This document shows positions 49,000 to 59,232 of a DNA stretch of 64,000 bases, piece after piece. Each line of letters begins with the position of its first letter. Within the stretch, counting starts at the first letter, position 1. The notes under the pieces are model-generated. The model searched no databases, had not been told where the DNA came from, and was given only the letters and a program-made list of their open reading frames with translations. Source of the DNA: an uncultured Saprospiraceae bacterium. GTDB lineage: Bacteria > Bacteroidota > Bacteroidia > Chitinophagales > Saprospiraceae. The stretch is taken from NCBI GenBank assembly GCA_964426625.1, contig CAYRRD010000010.1:9428-73427 (forward strand), in the 5' to 3' direction. A program made the translations under genes and the position numbers.

Positions 49000-49218
49000 G
49001 CTGAGAGGCGCACCTACCCCGTAGGATAAGATTATATTAAGTGGGTGGCGTATGAATCCGCTGATCACAATCATCGTTTAGATCGAGGTGAATCAGTAGT
49101 TCGTGGTCATCGGATACCATGAATAGGCTTAATCAGAGTACACAAAACCCTGCAGACCCGGGAAGCAAGACGATCATTTTTTGCTACCTTTGCGAATTTA
49201 AATCAACACCATCCTCAA

Positions 49219-50586
49219 ATGGGTATCAAAACGTACGACAACATTCTTCAGACCATTGGAAATACCCCTTTGGTTCGAATTAATAATATCTTGTCGGATT
49301 GTCCTGCGACAATCTATGCCAAGGTGGAATATTTCAATCCGGGTCACTCTATCAAGGATCGTATTGGTCTGCGGATGGTAGAAGATGCCGAAAAGCGGGG
49401 GGATCTCAAACCCGGTGGAACCATTATCGAATGCACTTCGGGAAATACCGGAATGGGTATTGCACTTGCAGCCATAATCAAGGGATATCATTGTATTTTC
49501 ACCACCAATGACAAGCAATCCAAAGAAAAACTGGATGTTTTGCGTGCCTTGGGAGCTGAGGTGGTCGTATGTCCTACTGAGGTAGCACCAGAGGACCCCA
49601 GGTCGTATTATTCCGTAGCCCGAAAACTCAACCAGGAGATACCAAATAGTTATTGGTGCAACCAGTATGACAATCTGAGCAATCAGCAGGCGCATTATGA
49701 TTCTACAGGACCAGAGATATGGGAACAAACTGGAGGGGCGATTACTCATTTTGTGGTTCCTACAGGAACTGGTGGTACGATTTCAGGTTCAGCCAGGTAT
49801 TTGAAAGAGCAAAATCCGGATATTCAGGTATGGGGCGTGGATGCATACGGATCCGTGTTCAAAAAATACAAGGAAACCGGGATTTTCGATGAAAAGGAAA
49901 TTTACCCATATGTATTGGAAGGTATTGGAGAGGATTTGATCCCGGCCAATGTTGATTTTGACCTTATCGATCATTTCGAGAAAGTCACCGATAAGGATGC
50001 CGCGCTGATGACCAGGCGGATGGCCAGGGAAGAAGGTTTGCTGGTCGGATACTCGTCCGGGTCAGCTCTTCAGGCAGTATGGCAATTGCAGGATCGCTTG
50101 AATGAAGGTGATGTTGTTGTCATGATCCTTCACGATCATGGTAGTCGCTATATAAATAAAGTGTACAATGACAACTGGATGATGGAGCGTGGATTTCTGA
50201 GCAGAGGAAAGAATATACGCCATGTGCTGGAATCCAAGGGCAGCCCCAATCTGATCACAACCTCACCTGAAGCTACCCTGCGGTCGGTCCTGGAACAGAT
50301 TACCGAGAATGGGATATCCCAATTGCCTGTGTTTGAAAATGATGAGCCGGTGGGTTCTATCAACGAAACGGATATTCTCAATCATGTTGTCGGCGATCCA
50401 GATCGACTCGATAACCTGGTTAAATCCATCATGCAGGGCCCCTTTCCGGTTGTGGATGTTGAGAGACCTGTTAGTGAAGTATCAAAGCTATTGTCCCGCT
50501 CCAATACGGCTGTATTGTCCCGGGATCGAAGTGGGAATTATCAGATCATAACCTCCTTCGATCTTTTGAAAAATTTAAATCACTAA
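49219..50586 (+). CDS. Cystathionine beta-synthase-like PLP enzyme with C-terminal CBS pair
   Basis: Cysteine synthase/CBS fold (NPGHSIKDR PLP-Lys motif, TSGNTG, GTGGTISG) followed by two CBS motifs. 455 aa. Confidence 0.88.
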   Translation: MGIKTYDNILQTIGNTPLVRINNILSDCPATIYAKVEYFNPGHSIKDRIGLRMVEDAEKRGDLKPGGTIIECTSGNTGMGIALAAIIKGYHCIFTTNDKQSKEKLDVLRALGAEVVVCPTEVAPEDPRSYYSVARKLNQEIPNSYWCNQYDNLSNQQAHYDSTGPEIWEQTGGAITHFVVPTGTGGTISGSARYLKEQNPDIQVWGVDAYGSVFKKYKETGIFDEKEIYPYVLEGIGEDLIPANVDFDLIDHFEKVTDKDAALMTRRMAREEGLLVGYSSGSALQAVWQLQDRLNEGDVVVMILHDHGSRYINKVYNDNWMMERGFLSRGKNIRHVLESKGSPNLITTSPEATLRSVLEQITENGISQLPVFENDEPVGSINETDILNHVVGDPDRLDNLVKSIMQGPFPVVDVERPVSEVSKLLSRSNTAVLSRDRSGNYQIITSFDLLKNLNH

Positions 50587-50616
50587 TTGTCGTTCATAAA
50601 ACAGACAATTTTCAAT

Positions 50617-51678
50617 ATGGGTGATTCGATAAGACACACAGTCTGGATGTTTTTCCTGCTCATGGCCCTGAGTGCTACGGTCAGATCACAGGATTTCAGC
50701 TATAGCCAGGTGTTTGCCCATACTTCCACATTAAGTCCTGCCCTTACAGGATTGCACAACGGTCAGTTCAAAACTAGTCTTTTGTTCAGGAGTCAGTGGG
50801 TGCGAGCCGTCGATCAGCCCTTTACCATGGGTGGGGGGTATATCGATGTTCGGTCCAAAGTACCTTTTAAAACAACAAGCCGTGATGCATTTGGAATAGG
50901 TTTGGGTTTTGTAGCAGAAAGTCAAGGTCTGATCCAGTACAAAAAGAACAGTTTCAATATCAATGCTGCTTATCATAAAGCGCTTGATTTTTCCGGAGAC
51001 CATGTATTGTCTGCAGGAGCACAACTGGGTTTTCTTCAAAATTCGGTCGGATATGAGAATATCACCTTCATGGATCAGTTTGATGGATCGGGGTTCAATC
51101 TCAGTACATCCGAAGATCTTCCGGCCAATATGGTCAACTCGCTGGATTTTGGGCTGGGTGTCCACTACCAGCACCATAGAAATGAAGATTTATTATCTGT
51201 TGGCCTGGGATTGTTTCACATAAATGCCCCCAATATTTCGTTCCACCACAACGACAATACCACCCTCAATGATACGGAGAATATTCTTCATCGAAAGTAT
51301 GTAGGGCATTTGTTTTATCAGGCATATATCAACCGGGATTTATCGCTCACACCCAGACTGATTGCCAAAGTCCAGGGTCCGCATCAATTGATGATGGCAG
51401 GGAGCACTGCCCGGTTCCGCCTCACCGGGAGCAATGAAAATGCCTTTCATGTGGGCTTGTTTTTCCAGGGTGGAAAAACCAGTGATTCTGCCTTTAAACT
51501 TCATACTACGACCCTTTTGGTTGGTTACGAATTTGAAGCTTTCAATCTGGGCATTAGCTATGATGTGGGTATGGTAAACCGATATAACTTCAAATCGAGT
51601 CCGGGGAATTTTGAATTATCGCTATCGTATTTTGGATTTCTGACTGACAATGCTGCAGCAGGTTGTCCTATTTTCTAA
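50617..51678 (+). CDS. PorP/SprF family type IX secretion system membrane protein
   Basis: Signal peptide ending SQ, then DFSYSQVFAHTSTLSPALTG, typical of the PorP/SprF N-terminus, with a beta-barrel-like remainder. Start at ATG 50617 instead of TTG 50587. Confidence 0.85.
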   Translation: MGDSIRHTVWMFFLLMALSATVRSQDFSYSQVFAHTSTLSPALTGLHNGQFKTSLLFRSQWVRAVDQPFTMGGGYIDVRSKVPFKTTSRDAFGIGLGFVAESQGLIQYKKNSFNINAAYHKALDFSGDHVLSAGAQLGFLQNSVGYENITFMDQFDGSGFNLSTSEDLPANMVNSLDFGLGVHYQHHRNEDLLSVGLGLFHINAPNISFHHNDNTTLNDTENILHRKYVGHLFYQAYINRDLSLTPRLIAKVQGPHQLMMAGSTARFRLTGSNENAFHVGLFFQGGKTSDSAFKLHTTTLLVGYEFEAFNLGISYDVGMVNRYNFKSSPGNFELSLSYFGFLTDNAAAGCPIF

Positions 51679-51721
51679 ACGAATTCTGGACTCTGGTACG
51701 AAATTTGAAGTGGCACGCTCC

Positions 51722-52852
51722 CTATAGGGGTATATAATCCACTATTTCCAGGCCATATCCTTCCAATGCTACTCTTTTTCTGGGATGACTGGTAATCAGT
51801 CGGAGTTTCTGAACACCCATCTCGCGCAATATCTGAGCTCCGATCCCAAAATCTCTTTGGCTTTGCAGGTCGTTGCCCATATCGTTCCCTTCCTTATACC
51901 TTTTTATTATAGTAATAGGGTCTTTGCTTTTTTCCTGATGGTGCATAATCAGCAACACCCCCTTTTCACTGGTCTTGATGTAGTTCAGTGATTTTTCAAT
52001 TTCCAGCGTTTCTTTCTGGAAAATATGGTCAAATATCCCATCGCTCCATACAGTATGGGATTGAACCCTGACCGGGATTTCTTCGTACGGATCCCATGAT
52101 CCCTTTTTGACCACCAGGTGCTCATCACCCGTCGTTATCTGTTCGAAGACGATAAAATCCAGAAGACCGTAAGGGGTTTCCAATGTTTCGCTGTATTTTT
52201 TTCGGACCAGTTTTTCCTTCTGGAGTCGATAAGCTACCAGGTCCTTGATAGAAATCAGTTTCAGATCGTGTTCTTTGGCAATTTCTACCAGATGTGGGAG
52301 CCGGGCCATGGTTCCGTCGGCATTAAGGATTTCCACGAGTACGCCGGCCGGTGCAAAACCCGCCAGACGCGACAGGTCAATGGCAGCTTCTGTATGCCCG
52401 GTTCTCCGCAAAACGCCTCCATTTTTGGCCACCAATGGGAAAATATGTCCTGGTTTGGCAAATTCATCAGGGCGGGCATCCGGATCTACCATTCTACGAA
52501 TCCCTGTCGCTCTGTCGTAAGCTGAGATTCCTGTGGTACAGCCCCTTCCTATAAGGTCGATAGATACGGTAAAGGCCGTTTCGTGCATGGACGTATTGGT
52601 GCCCACCATTGGATAGAGGTCGAGCTCCCGGGCTCGTTGCTCCGTGATGGGTGCACAGATCAAACCCCGACCATGGGTAGCCATGAAATTGATTATTTCC
52701 GGAGTAACCTTTTCCGCTGCACAAATAAAATCCCCCTCATTTTCCCGATCCTCATCGTCCACTACGATAACCACTTTGCCTTTGCGGATATCCTCCAGGG
52801 CATCCTCAATGGTATCGAGTGAAATTCCATCTATAATTTTTTCTTGTATCAT
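51722..52852 (-). CDS. ribBA: Bifunctional 3,4-dihydroxy-2-butanone-4-phosphate synthase / GTP cyclohydrolase II-like protein
   Basis: RibB core [31 protein letters not shown]-terminal GCHII-like domain. Confidence 0.9.
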   Translation of the reverse strand: MIQEKIIDGISLDTIEDALEDIRKGKVVIVVDDEDRENEGDFICAAEKVTPEIINFMATHGRGLICAPITEQRARELDLYPMVGTNTSMHETAFTVSIDLIGRGCTTGISAYDRATGIRRMVDPDARPDEFAKPGHIFPLVAKNGGVLRRTGHTEAAIDLSRLAGFAPAGVLVEILNADGTMARLPHLVEIAKEHDLKLISIKDLVAYRLQKEKLVRKKYSETLETPYGLLDFIVFEQITTGDEHLVVKKGSWDPYEEIPVRVQSHTVWSDGIFDHIFQKETLEIEKSLNYIKTSEKGVLLIMHHQEKSKDPITIIKRYKEGNDMGNDLQSQRDFGIGAQILREMGVQKLRLITSHPRKRVALEGYGLEIVDYIPL

Positions 52853-54086
52853 CTAATACTTTGTTTAAAATAGCGCACTGTCCTTCCCAGGTTAAGACAT
52901 TGTTCAAAACAGTAAGCATGCCGGATTGTTTTTGTTGTGCTGCCTTGTCCTCGGTTAAAGCAACATAATGATTGTAAAATTCATGTGGTTTATCAGCTAT
53001 TAAAGCGTAATCCCGCAACATTGGCATTCCTTGTATGACATGGGATGTACAAATCACGGGACGATTGCACGCCATAGCTTCCAAAACTTTATTCTGCATA
53101 CCGCTACCCAAGAACAAAGGTACAATGAAGAATCGAACTGCATAATATGCCGATCGAATATCATCATACCATCCGTGAATGGTGATTTCCGGATAATCAT
53201 CCTCTGACCAGGGCAGGGTTTCTGCGCCTTTTCCCCCGATCAATATTTTTACCTCACGACGATGCTGGCGGAAAACCGGGATGATCTTCTGAATCAGGTA
53301 GCGAATACCCTCACGGTTGGGAGTATATTCCAGATTTCCGAAAAATCCCATATCGTATTGAGGTAGATCCGCTGTAGGGGTATAGGATTGAAAGTAAGAT
53401 ACGTCGATTCCATTGCGGATGATCGAAATTGGGGTTCCCGGTGAGGAAGGTAAATGTTTGGCATCGCGTTCGGAAATAACCGTTGCATGCTGGAATTGGG
53501 GCAGTACCTGGGTTTCAAATGACTGGATTAATCTTTGTTCCCGGTGCCAGAACCATCTTTCATGCCATTTTCGCGCATGCTGCGCATGGAGGGCTGCGAT
53601 GGCGCCGAAATTGTCCATAATATCCAGAACTTTGGGGGCATCAATCCCGGAGAGGTATGGTGCCATCCGGTATAGTTGGCAATAAATAATATCGGCGTTG
53701 ATTTTGAAAAAGTCGGATAGAAAACGACGATGGATTGCTGGGGAGTAAAAATACCTCACCTGGGCAGGCCATCGATCGTGGAGGTGTCCGATCACCCGGA
53801 AATTTCGTCGAAATTTCTTATCCTGATAAATGAAAATTTCCTGGCAATATTGATCAATTTCCTGATAAGCTACCTGATGAGGGGTGGAATCGGAAAGTGT
53901 GAACAAAAAAATGTCGTAATATTCCGATAGGTACTTCAATTGATGATAGAGCCTGAGCTTGTCCCCTTTCTCAATGGGATAAGGGTATCTGGATGCCAGT
54001 ACGGCCAACCTTGGCTTTTGTTTTTTCACGATGCAAAAGTACACAATTACATCATCCGGATGAAAGAGAGGTTGGGGGTATCGCAT
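52806..54086 (-). CDS. Glycosyltransferase family 4 (GT-B)
   Basis: N-terminal [16 protein letters not shown] and C-terminal [13 protein letters not shown] motifs typical of GT4. The 3' end overlaps ribBA by 47 nt. Confidence 0.8.
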   Translation of the reverse strand: MRYPQPLFHPDDVIVYFCIVKKQKPRLAVLASRYPYPIEKGDKLRLYHQLKYLSEYYDIFLFTLSDSTPHQVAYQEIDQYCQEIFIYQDKKFRRNFRVIGHLHDRWPAQVRYFYSPAIHRRFLSDFFKINADIIYCQLYRMAPYLSGIDAPKVLDIMDNFGAIAALHAQHARKWHERWFWHREQRLIQSFETQVLPQFQHATVISERDAKHLPSSPGTPISIIRNGIDVSYFQSYTPTADLPQYDMGFFGNLEYTPNREGIRYLIQKIIPVFRQHRREVKILIGGKGAETLPWSEDDYPEITIHGWYDDIRSAYYAVRFFIVPLFLGSGMQNKVLEAMACNRPVICTSHVIQGMPMLRDYALIADKPHEFYNHYVALTEDKAAQQKQSGMLTVLNNVLTWEGQCAILNKVLDDTRKNYRWNFTRYH

Positions 54087-54169
54087 TAAATCTTGCGGGG
54101 TCTGTCTCCTAGGGCATGATCATCTCATTTTACCGGATTTGTCAGGTGTCGCAAAATCTGGCCTGTTTT

Positions 54170-55414
54170 CTATTTCAGGCCATTCCCTTCGATTTTTTGA
54201 AGCGATTGACGGAGGATTTCGTGGAGAAAATCATACAGGGTAGTTGAAATGTTCCTGATACTGTAATTATCCTCAATAAAAGAGCGGGCATTCCGGCCGA
54301 GGATCGCCCGATTAAAATCATGCTGTGCCATCCGGTCAAAAGCTGTAAGAAACTGGGCTTTATCGTTGACCCTGATGTACTCTTTATCCGGGGCAGCAGG
54401 AATGCCTTCAATCCCGATGCCTGTGCTCAGAACTATTTTGCCCATAGCCATGGCTTCGAGTATCTTAACCCGCATCCCACTTCCTGAAAATAAAGGAACC
54501 ACAAAGTAATCATATCTTTGGATAAAGTCAATGGCATCGCTGACTTCACCATGTATGATGATATTGGGTGAGGCTTGTTTTCGGATTTTATCAGGCATAT
54601 TGCGACCTGCGATATGAAGCCTGAATTTACCGGGGTGGTTTGATTGCACTACGGGCCACACCTGAGATAAAAACCATTGCAGGCCCTCCAGGTTGGGACG
54701 CCAATCCAGGGAACCGATAAAGCCTACCTCGATCCTGGAGCTTTTGGCAGGTGTGGTTGTGGGGTATCTTCGAAGATCCAGGCCAAGTGGAAGTGTGAAT
54801 ATTTCCCCATTGTAACCCAATTCCAGATACTTTTTATGATCGACCGGACTGATTGGTAACAGATAATCCATATCCCGGATCCGGTCACATTCATAATCCT
54901 TTAATTTTCTCGCCAGTTTTCGAAGGTACCATTTCAGCAGCGGATTCCGATTGTTGCGGGCCAGACGATCCCAGATTTCAAATTCCAGATTGTGCGAACG
55001 GAAAATAATTTTGGCATTGGAGTACTTTTGTATAACATCAGTATAAGGTACCATATACAGGCTCTCAAGGATGACAAAATCATAGTAATCCTGTTCAAGC
55101 ACATCCCGGAGTGTGGTGGAAAATTCCGGATTGATAAAACGCTTGAGATGGTATGAACTCCCTTCCAGTAAACTTCGTAATGCCTCGAAAACACTAATCC
55201 CAGTGTCAACCGGCACCCATTTGACCATTCTGTAATGTGGAATAGATGTGATAACCTCTGAATCAACGGCTGTAAAATGTTTTTGGGTATTCATGGCCAG
55301 CAAATCCACGGTAGCACCCAAATCTGCCAGTCCTTTGCTTATAGAATTGACTGCGACCGACTCTCCGTCCTTCAGGGGCCAAGGAAACTTTTTACAGAGT
55401 TGCAATATTTTCAT
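54170..55414 (-). CDS. Glycosyltransferase family 4 (GT-B)
   Basis: MKILQLCKKFPWPLKDGESV N-terminus and GSGMRVKILEAMAMGK C-terminal motif. Start trimmed to 55414. Confidence 0.85.
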   Translation of the reverse strand: MKILQLCKKFPWPLKDGESVAVNSISKGLADLGATVDLLAMNTQKHFTAVDSEVITSIPHYRMVKWVPVDTGISVFEALRSLLEGSSYHLKRFINPEFSTTLRDVLEQDYYDFVILESLYMVPYTDVIQKYSNAKIIFRSHNLEFEIWDRLARNNRNPLLKWYLRKLARKLKDYECDRIRDMDYLLPISPVDHKKYLELGYNGEIFTLPLGLDLRRYPTTTPAKSSRIEVGFIGSLDWRPNLEGLQWFLSQVWPVVQSNHPGKFRLHIAGRNMPDKIRKQASPNIIIHGEVSDAIDFIQRYDYFVVPLFSGSGMRVKILEAMAMGKIVLSTGIGIEGIPAAPDKEYIRVNDKAQFLTAFDRMAQHDFNRAILGRNARSFIEDNYSIRNISTTLYDFLHEILRQSLQKIEGNGLK

Positions 55415-55493
55415 AGGATGCAAAGATATAATATCTATAGGGAACGGATTTATTTGTAATATTATTCCAAAATTTGAAATAATATATCTGTTA

Positions 55494-56171
55494 ATGTTGC
55501 AAGTTATAAATGTTCATAAGGCGTTCAATGATCTTGAGGTTTTAAAAGGTATAAATCTGGAAGTTGGCTTGGGCGAAATGGTAGCCATTCAAGGAAAATC
55601 GGGTGCTGGAAAAAGTACCCTGTTACAGATCATCGGTACGCTGGATCGCCCCGACAGTGGGACGGTGTTATATGAGTCCCGGGACGTGTGGCAAGGGTCG
55701 GAAAAAGAACTTGCCCGTTTCAGGAATCAGAACCTGGGCTTTGTTTTTCAGTTTCATCATCTACTGGATGAGTTTACCGCTCAGGAAAATGTAACTATAC
55801 CAGCCCTGATTGATGGCCGGATGACAAAAAGGGAGTTGCAGGAGAAAAGCATCGAATTGCTCAAATTCATGGGATTGCAAGATCGCCTGGATCATTACCC
55901 CAAAGAACTATCCGGTGGAGAACAACAGCGGGTAGCCATCGCAAGAGCACTTATGAATAATCCGACTTACCTGCTGGCGGATGAACCCACAGGTAATCTC
56001 GATTCTGAGAACAGCGAACAATTGCTGAAGCTTTTTAGAAACTTGCAGCGTGAATTGAATCAGACGATTATTGTTGTCACCCACGACCGGGTTTTCGCTG
56101 AGGCGTGTGACCGCATTGCTTATATTGAAGACGGACAAATCAAACGGATCGAAGACCGAATCAATTCCTGA
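55494..56171 (+). CDS. ABC transporter ATP-binding protein (LolD/MacB-type)
   Basis: Walker A GKSGAGKST, Q-loop, LSGGEQQRVAIARAL signature, Walker B LLADEPTGNLD. Start trimmed to MLQVINVHKAF (55494), because the upstream part of the ORF is antisense to the GT gene. Confidence 0.9.
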   Translation: MLQVINVHKAFNDLEVLKGINLEVGLGEMVAIQGKSGAGKSTLLQIIGTLDRPDSGTVLYESRDVWQGSEKELARFRNQNLGFVFQFHHLLDEFTAQENVTIPALIDGRMTKRELQEKSIELLKFMGLQDRLDHYPKELSGGEQQRVAIARALMNNPTYLLADEPTGNLDSENSEQLLKLFRNLQRELNQTIIVVTHDRVFAEACDRIAYIEDGQIKRIEDRINS

Positions 56172-56201
56172 CCAGAAGCTTTATTTCATCTGCATCAGTT
56201 C

Positions 56202-57515
56202 CTAACTCTCCATTTTTGCAGGCACCTCCAGATGAAAATGGTAAGCAGACTCGGGAATCGTTACATCCTGCCATTTATTCCTGAATTCTCCGGAGGGATC
56301 TTCCTGATCCCCGATAAGTTCTAAATTCAACCTGTTGCGACCCTTTAGATCGGGACTCAGTCCTGCCACTCTTTGCCAGTTTACATAATTGGAGCAGGGA
56401 TCATAATCCAGTAATACCCTTTCAAAATAACCCGCGCCCATTAACCAGTGCACATCCATTTCATCCAGCAGGTAATACGAAACCGCCTTGCGTTGTCGGT
56501 GCGTCAAATACCCGGTTACTGCCAGGTACTTCATGCATGCATCTATATAATCATGTCCGGTTCGACCGAGGATCCATTGTTTGAGTGCTGTCCAATCCCA
56601 ATGACCACGATGGCTGTGCTCATTACGAAAACCGCCTACGGCAAAAAGTGAATAGGGTTCTTTTTTCCCTGTCAGTCTGTAAAAGTCGCGTAAAATCAAG
56701 TTACGGGTGATGATCTGGCGGGTCCGTGAAGCAATGTATTTGTTACCGTCAATGGAATGGAACACCTCTTTGGGTGAAAGATTCCCCAGTGATATCCACG
56801 GTGAAATTCCCATCGTGGGCGTACCCGTTTGCACGATACGATCTATACTGGCTTCCAACATTTGTCTTCCCACAGACTCTCCCCCTTTAAATTCCGGATT
56901 GGTATAAGAATTTGAAAAACCAAAATCGGCCAATGTGGGTATTTCTCCGGGATCAATATCTATATCCGGGAAGGGTAGGGGAGCTTTGGATGCCGGAATG
57001 GGTTGACGCACATGGATAAAATGCTCGGTTTCTTTCAGAAACGAAGCAAAATTATCGGGTGTTCGAGGAACAGGGAAAGGCAAATCTGAGGTGTAATATA
57101 ACATTTTTCCACGGTAGAAATGGAGTTCCAGACCCAGAGTCCAGAGCCTTTGTTCCAATTTGTCCTGAACCGAAATCTCGTGCGGCATTCTTTCCCGGTT
57201 ACAGTACACACCCGAAACCTCATATGCTTTGGCCAGATGGTACAATTCAGTCTCAGGTTCCCCTATTCGAATAATAAGATCAGCTCCTCGGGACTGCATT
57301 TGCGATCTCAGCTCATGGATCGAATCCAGCAAAAACTGGATCCTGGTTTGAAACATCCCCGGTAATCCTTTATCTTCGTGGCCTTCTATCAATCTGGGGT
57401 CAAAAATATACACGGGCAGAATAGTTTCGGATGATGTCAATACCTTGTCCAAAGCTTCGTTGTCGTGTAATCGAAGATCATTCCTGAACCACAATAAACC
57501 GATTTCCTTTTTCAT
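56202..57515 (-). CDS. Cryptochrome/photolyase family protein (DASH-like)
   Basis: N-terminal LLWFRNDLRLHDNEAL photolyase alpha/beta domain and C-terminal FAD-binding helical domain. 437 aa. Confidence 0.85.
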   Translation of the reverse strand: MKKEIGLLWFRNDLRLHDNEALDKVLTSSETILPVYIFDPRLIEGHEDKGLPGMFQTRIQFLLDSIHELRSQMQSRGADLIIRIGEPETELYHLAKAYEVSGVYCNRERMPHEISVQDKLEQRLWTLGLELHFYRGKMLYYTSDLPFPVPRTPDNFASFLKETEHFIHVRQPIPASKAPLPFPDIDIDPGEIPTLADFGFSNSYTNPEFKGGESVGRQMLEASIDRIVQTGTPTMGISPWISLGNLSPKEVFHSIDGNKYIASRTRQIITRNLILRDFYRLTGKKEPYSLFAVGGFRNEHSHRGHWDWTALKQWILGRTGHDYIDACMKYLAVTGYLTHRQRKAVSYYLLDEMDVHWLMGAGYFERVLLDYDPCSNYVNWQRVAGLSPDLKGRNRLNLELIGDQEDPSGEFRNKWQDVTIPESAYHFHLEVPAKMES

Positions 57516-57603
57516 CTTCTATTTATAATAGGTCTAAATTACAAACAATTCTCATTAAAACCATCCCGGAACCTGTATATTTACCGATAAAATCGAAGTA
57601 AAA

Positions 57604-58041
57604 ATGACAAAACGGGTTGCCCTATTCGCTGCGTTGATTTTTGTAGTTGTTTTGGCTTGTCAAAACGACCCTGAATCAGTTGCTGAACGAGAGTACAATA
57701 CCTATTATGACAGCGTCATGCTTATCCATGACCGGACCATGCCGATGATGGGCCATCTTGAGAATCTCCGGGCCCAGCTCAAGGAAGAAAGACGTGCCGT
57801 AATCAATGCGGATACCAACCGATACCGGAAGGTGCTGAATCTCCTCGGTGAACTCAACAAAGCAGAAGATGCGATGTTTGCATGGATGCATGAGTTTGAT
57901 CCCGATTCTGTAGATCCGGACCAAAAGCTGGATTATATCAAGAATGAACTTGTGAAGGTAAAACATATGGAAGGCTTGATGGTAGGTGGGGTTGGTATGG
58001 CGGAGTCCTATCTGGACGAATACGTACCAAAGGACCAATAG
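57604..58041 (+). CDS. Hypothetical lipoprotein
   Basis: Lipobox VVLAC after a hydrophobic N-terminus, and a helical body. No family recognised. Confidence 0.55.
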   Translation: MTKRVALFAALIFVVVLACQNDPESVAEREYNTYYDSVMLIHDRTMPMMGHLENLRAQLKEERRAVINADTNRYRKVLNLLGELNKAEDAMFAWMHEFDPDSVDPDQKLDYIKNELVKVKHMEGLMVGGVGMAESYLDEYVPKDQ

Positions 58042-58092
58042 GGACGGGATTTTCCCTAAAATACCAACGCCTTTTTCTAAACAGCATGGACT

Positions 58093-58716
58093 ATGAAATA
58101 CGTATTGTGCCTGGTGATGTTTGCAGGAATGTTTTGGTCTTGCCAACCTTCATCCGATACTCCTTTGCCTATCCTGGGAATCCCGGATATAACGGAAAAC
58201 GGGGATACCATTCCACATCGGATTCCGGAATTTGCATTTATCGATCAGAATGCGAACACGGTAACCGTGGCAACGTTTGAAGATAAAATTTACGTGGCGG
58301 ATTTCTTCTTTACATCATGCCCTTCGATATGCCCCAAAATGACCCAGCAAATGAAACGCATTTATGAACAATTTGCTGACGAAGACAGACTGATGTTCCT
58401 CAGCCATTCCATCGATACCCGCAGGGACAGTGTTCCCGTCCTCAAAGCCTATGCCGATCGACTTAATATCGATCATGAACGATGGAGGTTTGTGACTGGT
58501 GATAAAGAGGAGATTTACAAAATAGCAAATGATTATTTCAATGTGGCTTTTGAGGATCCGGATGCCCCAGGTGGTTATGACCATTCAGGGAAATTAATTC
58601 TGGTCGATACGAAGGGGCACATCCGGTCGTTTTGTGAGGGCACCGATCCCGAATCCGTGGATGGGTTAATCCGGGATATCAAAAAGTTGCTCCGGGAAGT
58701 GAATTCAACAACATAA
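58093..58716 (+). CDS. SCO1/SenC family copper chaperone (thioredoxin fold)
   Basis: Lipoprotein signal (MFWSC), CPSICP copper-binding CxxxC and a downstream conserved His (YDHSG). Confidence 0.88.
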   Translation: MKYVLCLVMFAGMFWSCQPSSDTPLPILGIPDITENGDTIPHRIPEFAFIDQNANTVTVATFEDKIYVADFFFTSCPSICPKMTQQMKRIYEQFADEDRLMFLSHSIDTRRDSVPVLKAYADRLNIDHERWRFVTGDKEEIYKIANDYFNVAFEDPDAPGGYDHSGKLILVDTKGHIRSFCEGTDPESVDGLIRDIKKLLREVNSTT

Positions 58717-58719
58717 CGA

Positions 58720-59136
58720 ATGATAAATACTGAAGTTCGTTGGTTAAGGACTTATCGTGGTGAATTTGGATTCTTCTTTTTACTCCTATTAATTTCCGGG
58801 TGTACCCAGCCCTATTCCCAGGGTGAGGCTTTGTATGAGCAGCATTGTAGTCGATGTCATGGAATGGATGGACAGGGATTTGAAGATTTGTATCCACCTA
58901 TCGCATCTTCCCCATATATTTCGCAAATTCAGGATGGGTTGGTATGCACTATCGTATATGGTAGTGAGTACCTGGAAAGAGTAAAAGGTGAAGCCTTTCA
59001 TGTACCTATGCCGGGGAACACCCAATTAACCCAGGTTGAGGTTTTGAATGTGATCAATTTCCTTTCGTGGGAATTTGGTGACGGAAGGCCAATGAAAATT
59101 TTGGAGGTGGCAAAAGCTTTGGAGGGCTGTGAGTAA
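58720..59136 (+). CDS. c-type cytochrome (lipoprotein)
   Basis: Lipobox LLISGC, heme-binding CSRCHG and a distal Met ligand region (VPMPG). 138 aa. Confidence 0.85.
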   Translation: MINTEVRWLRTYRGEFGFFFLLLLISGCTQPYSQGEALYEQHCSRCHGMDGQGFEDLYPPIASSPYISQIQDGLVCTIVYGSEYLERVKGEAFHVPMPGNTQLTQVEVLNVINFLSWEFGDGRPMKILEVAKALEGCE

Positions 59137-59232
59137 TGAATGCCAATTTCAAATATTAATTGTTGGTGAGAAATCGGGATTTTGTTGCAAGTTGCTTAAT
59201 TTAGCCTTTTTAAGAATCGTCATGACCACCAT

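Noticed and set aside
49000-49218. SAM riboswitch upstream of the cystathionine beta-synthase-like gene, and FMN riboswitch upstream of ribBA
   Set aside because: No SAM-I/II consensus segments are visible in 49000-49218. ribBA has no upstream non-coding region at all, since it overlaps the GT gene.
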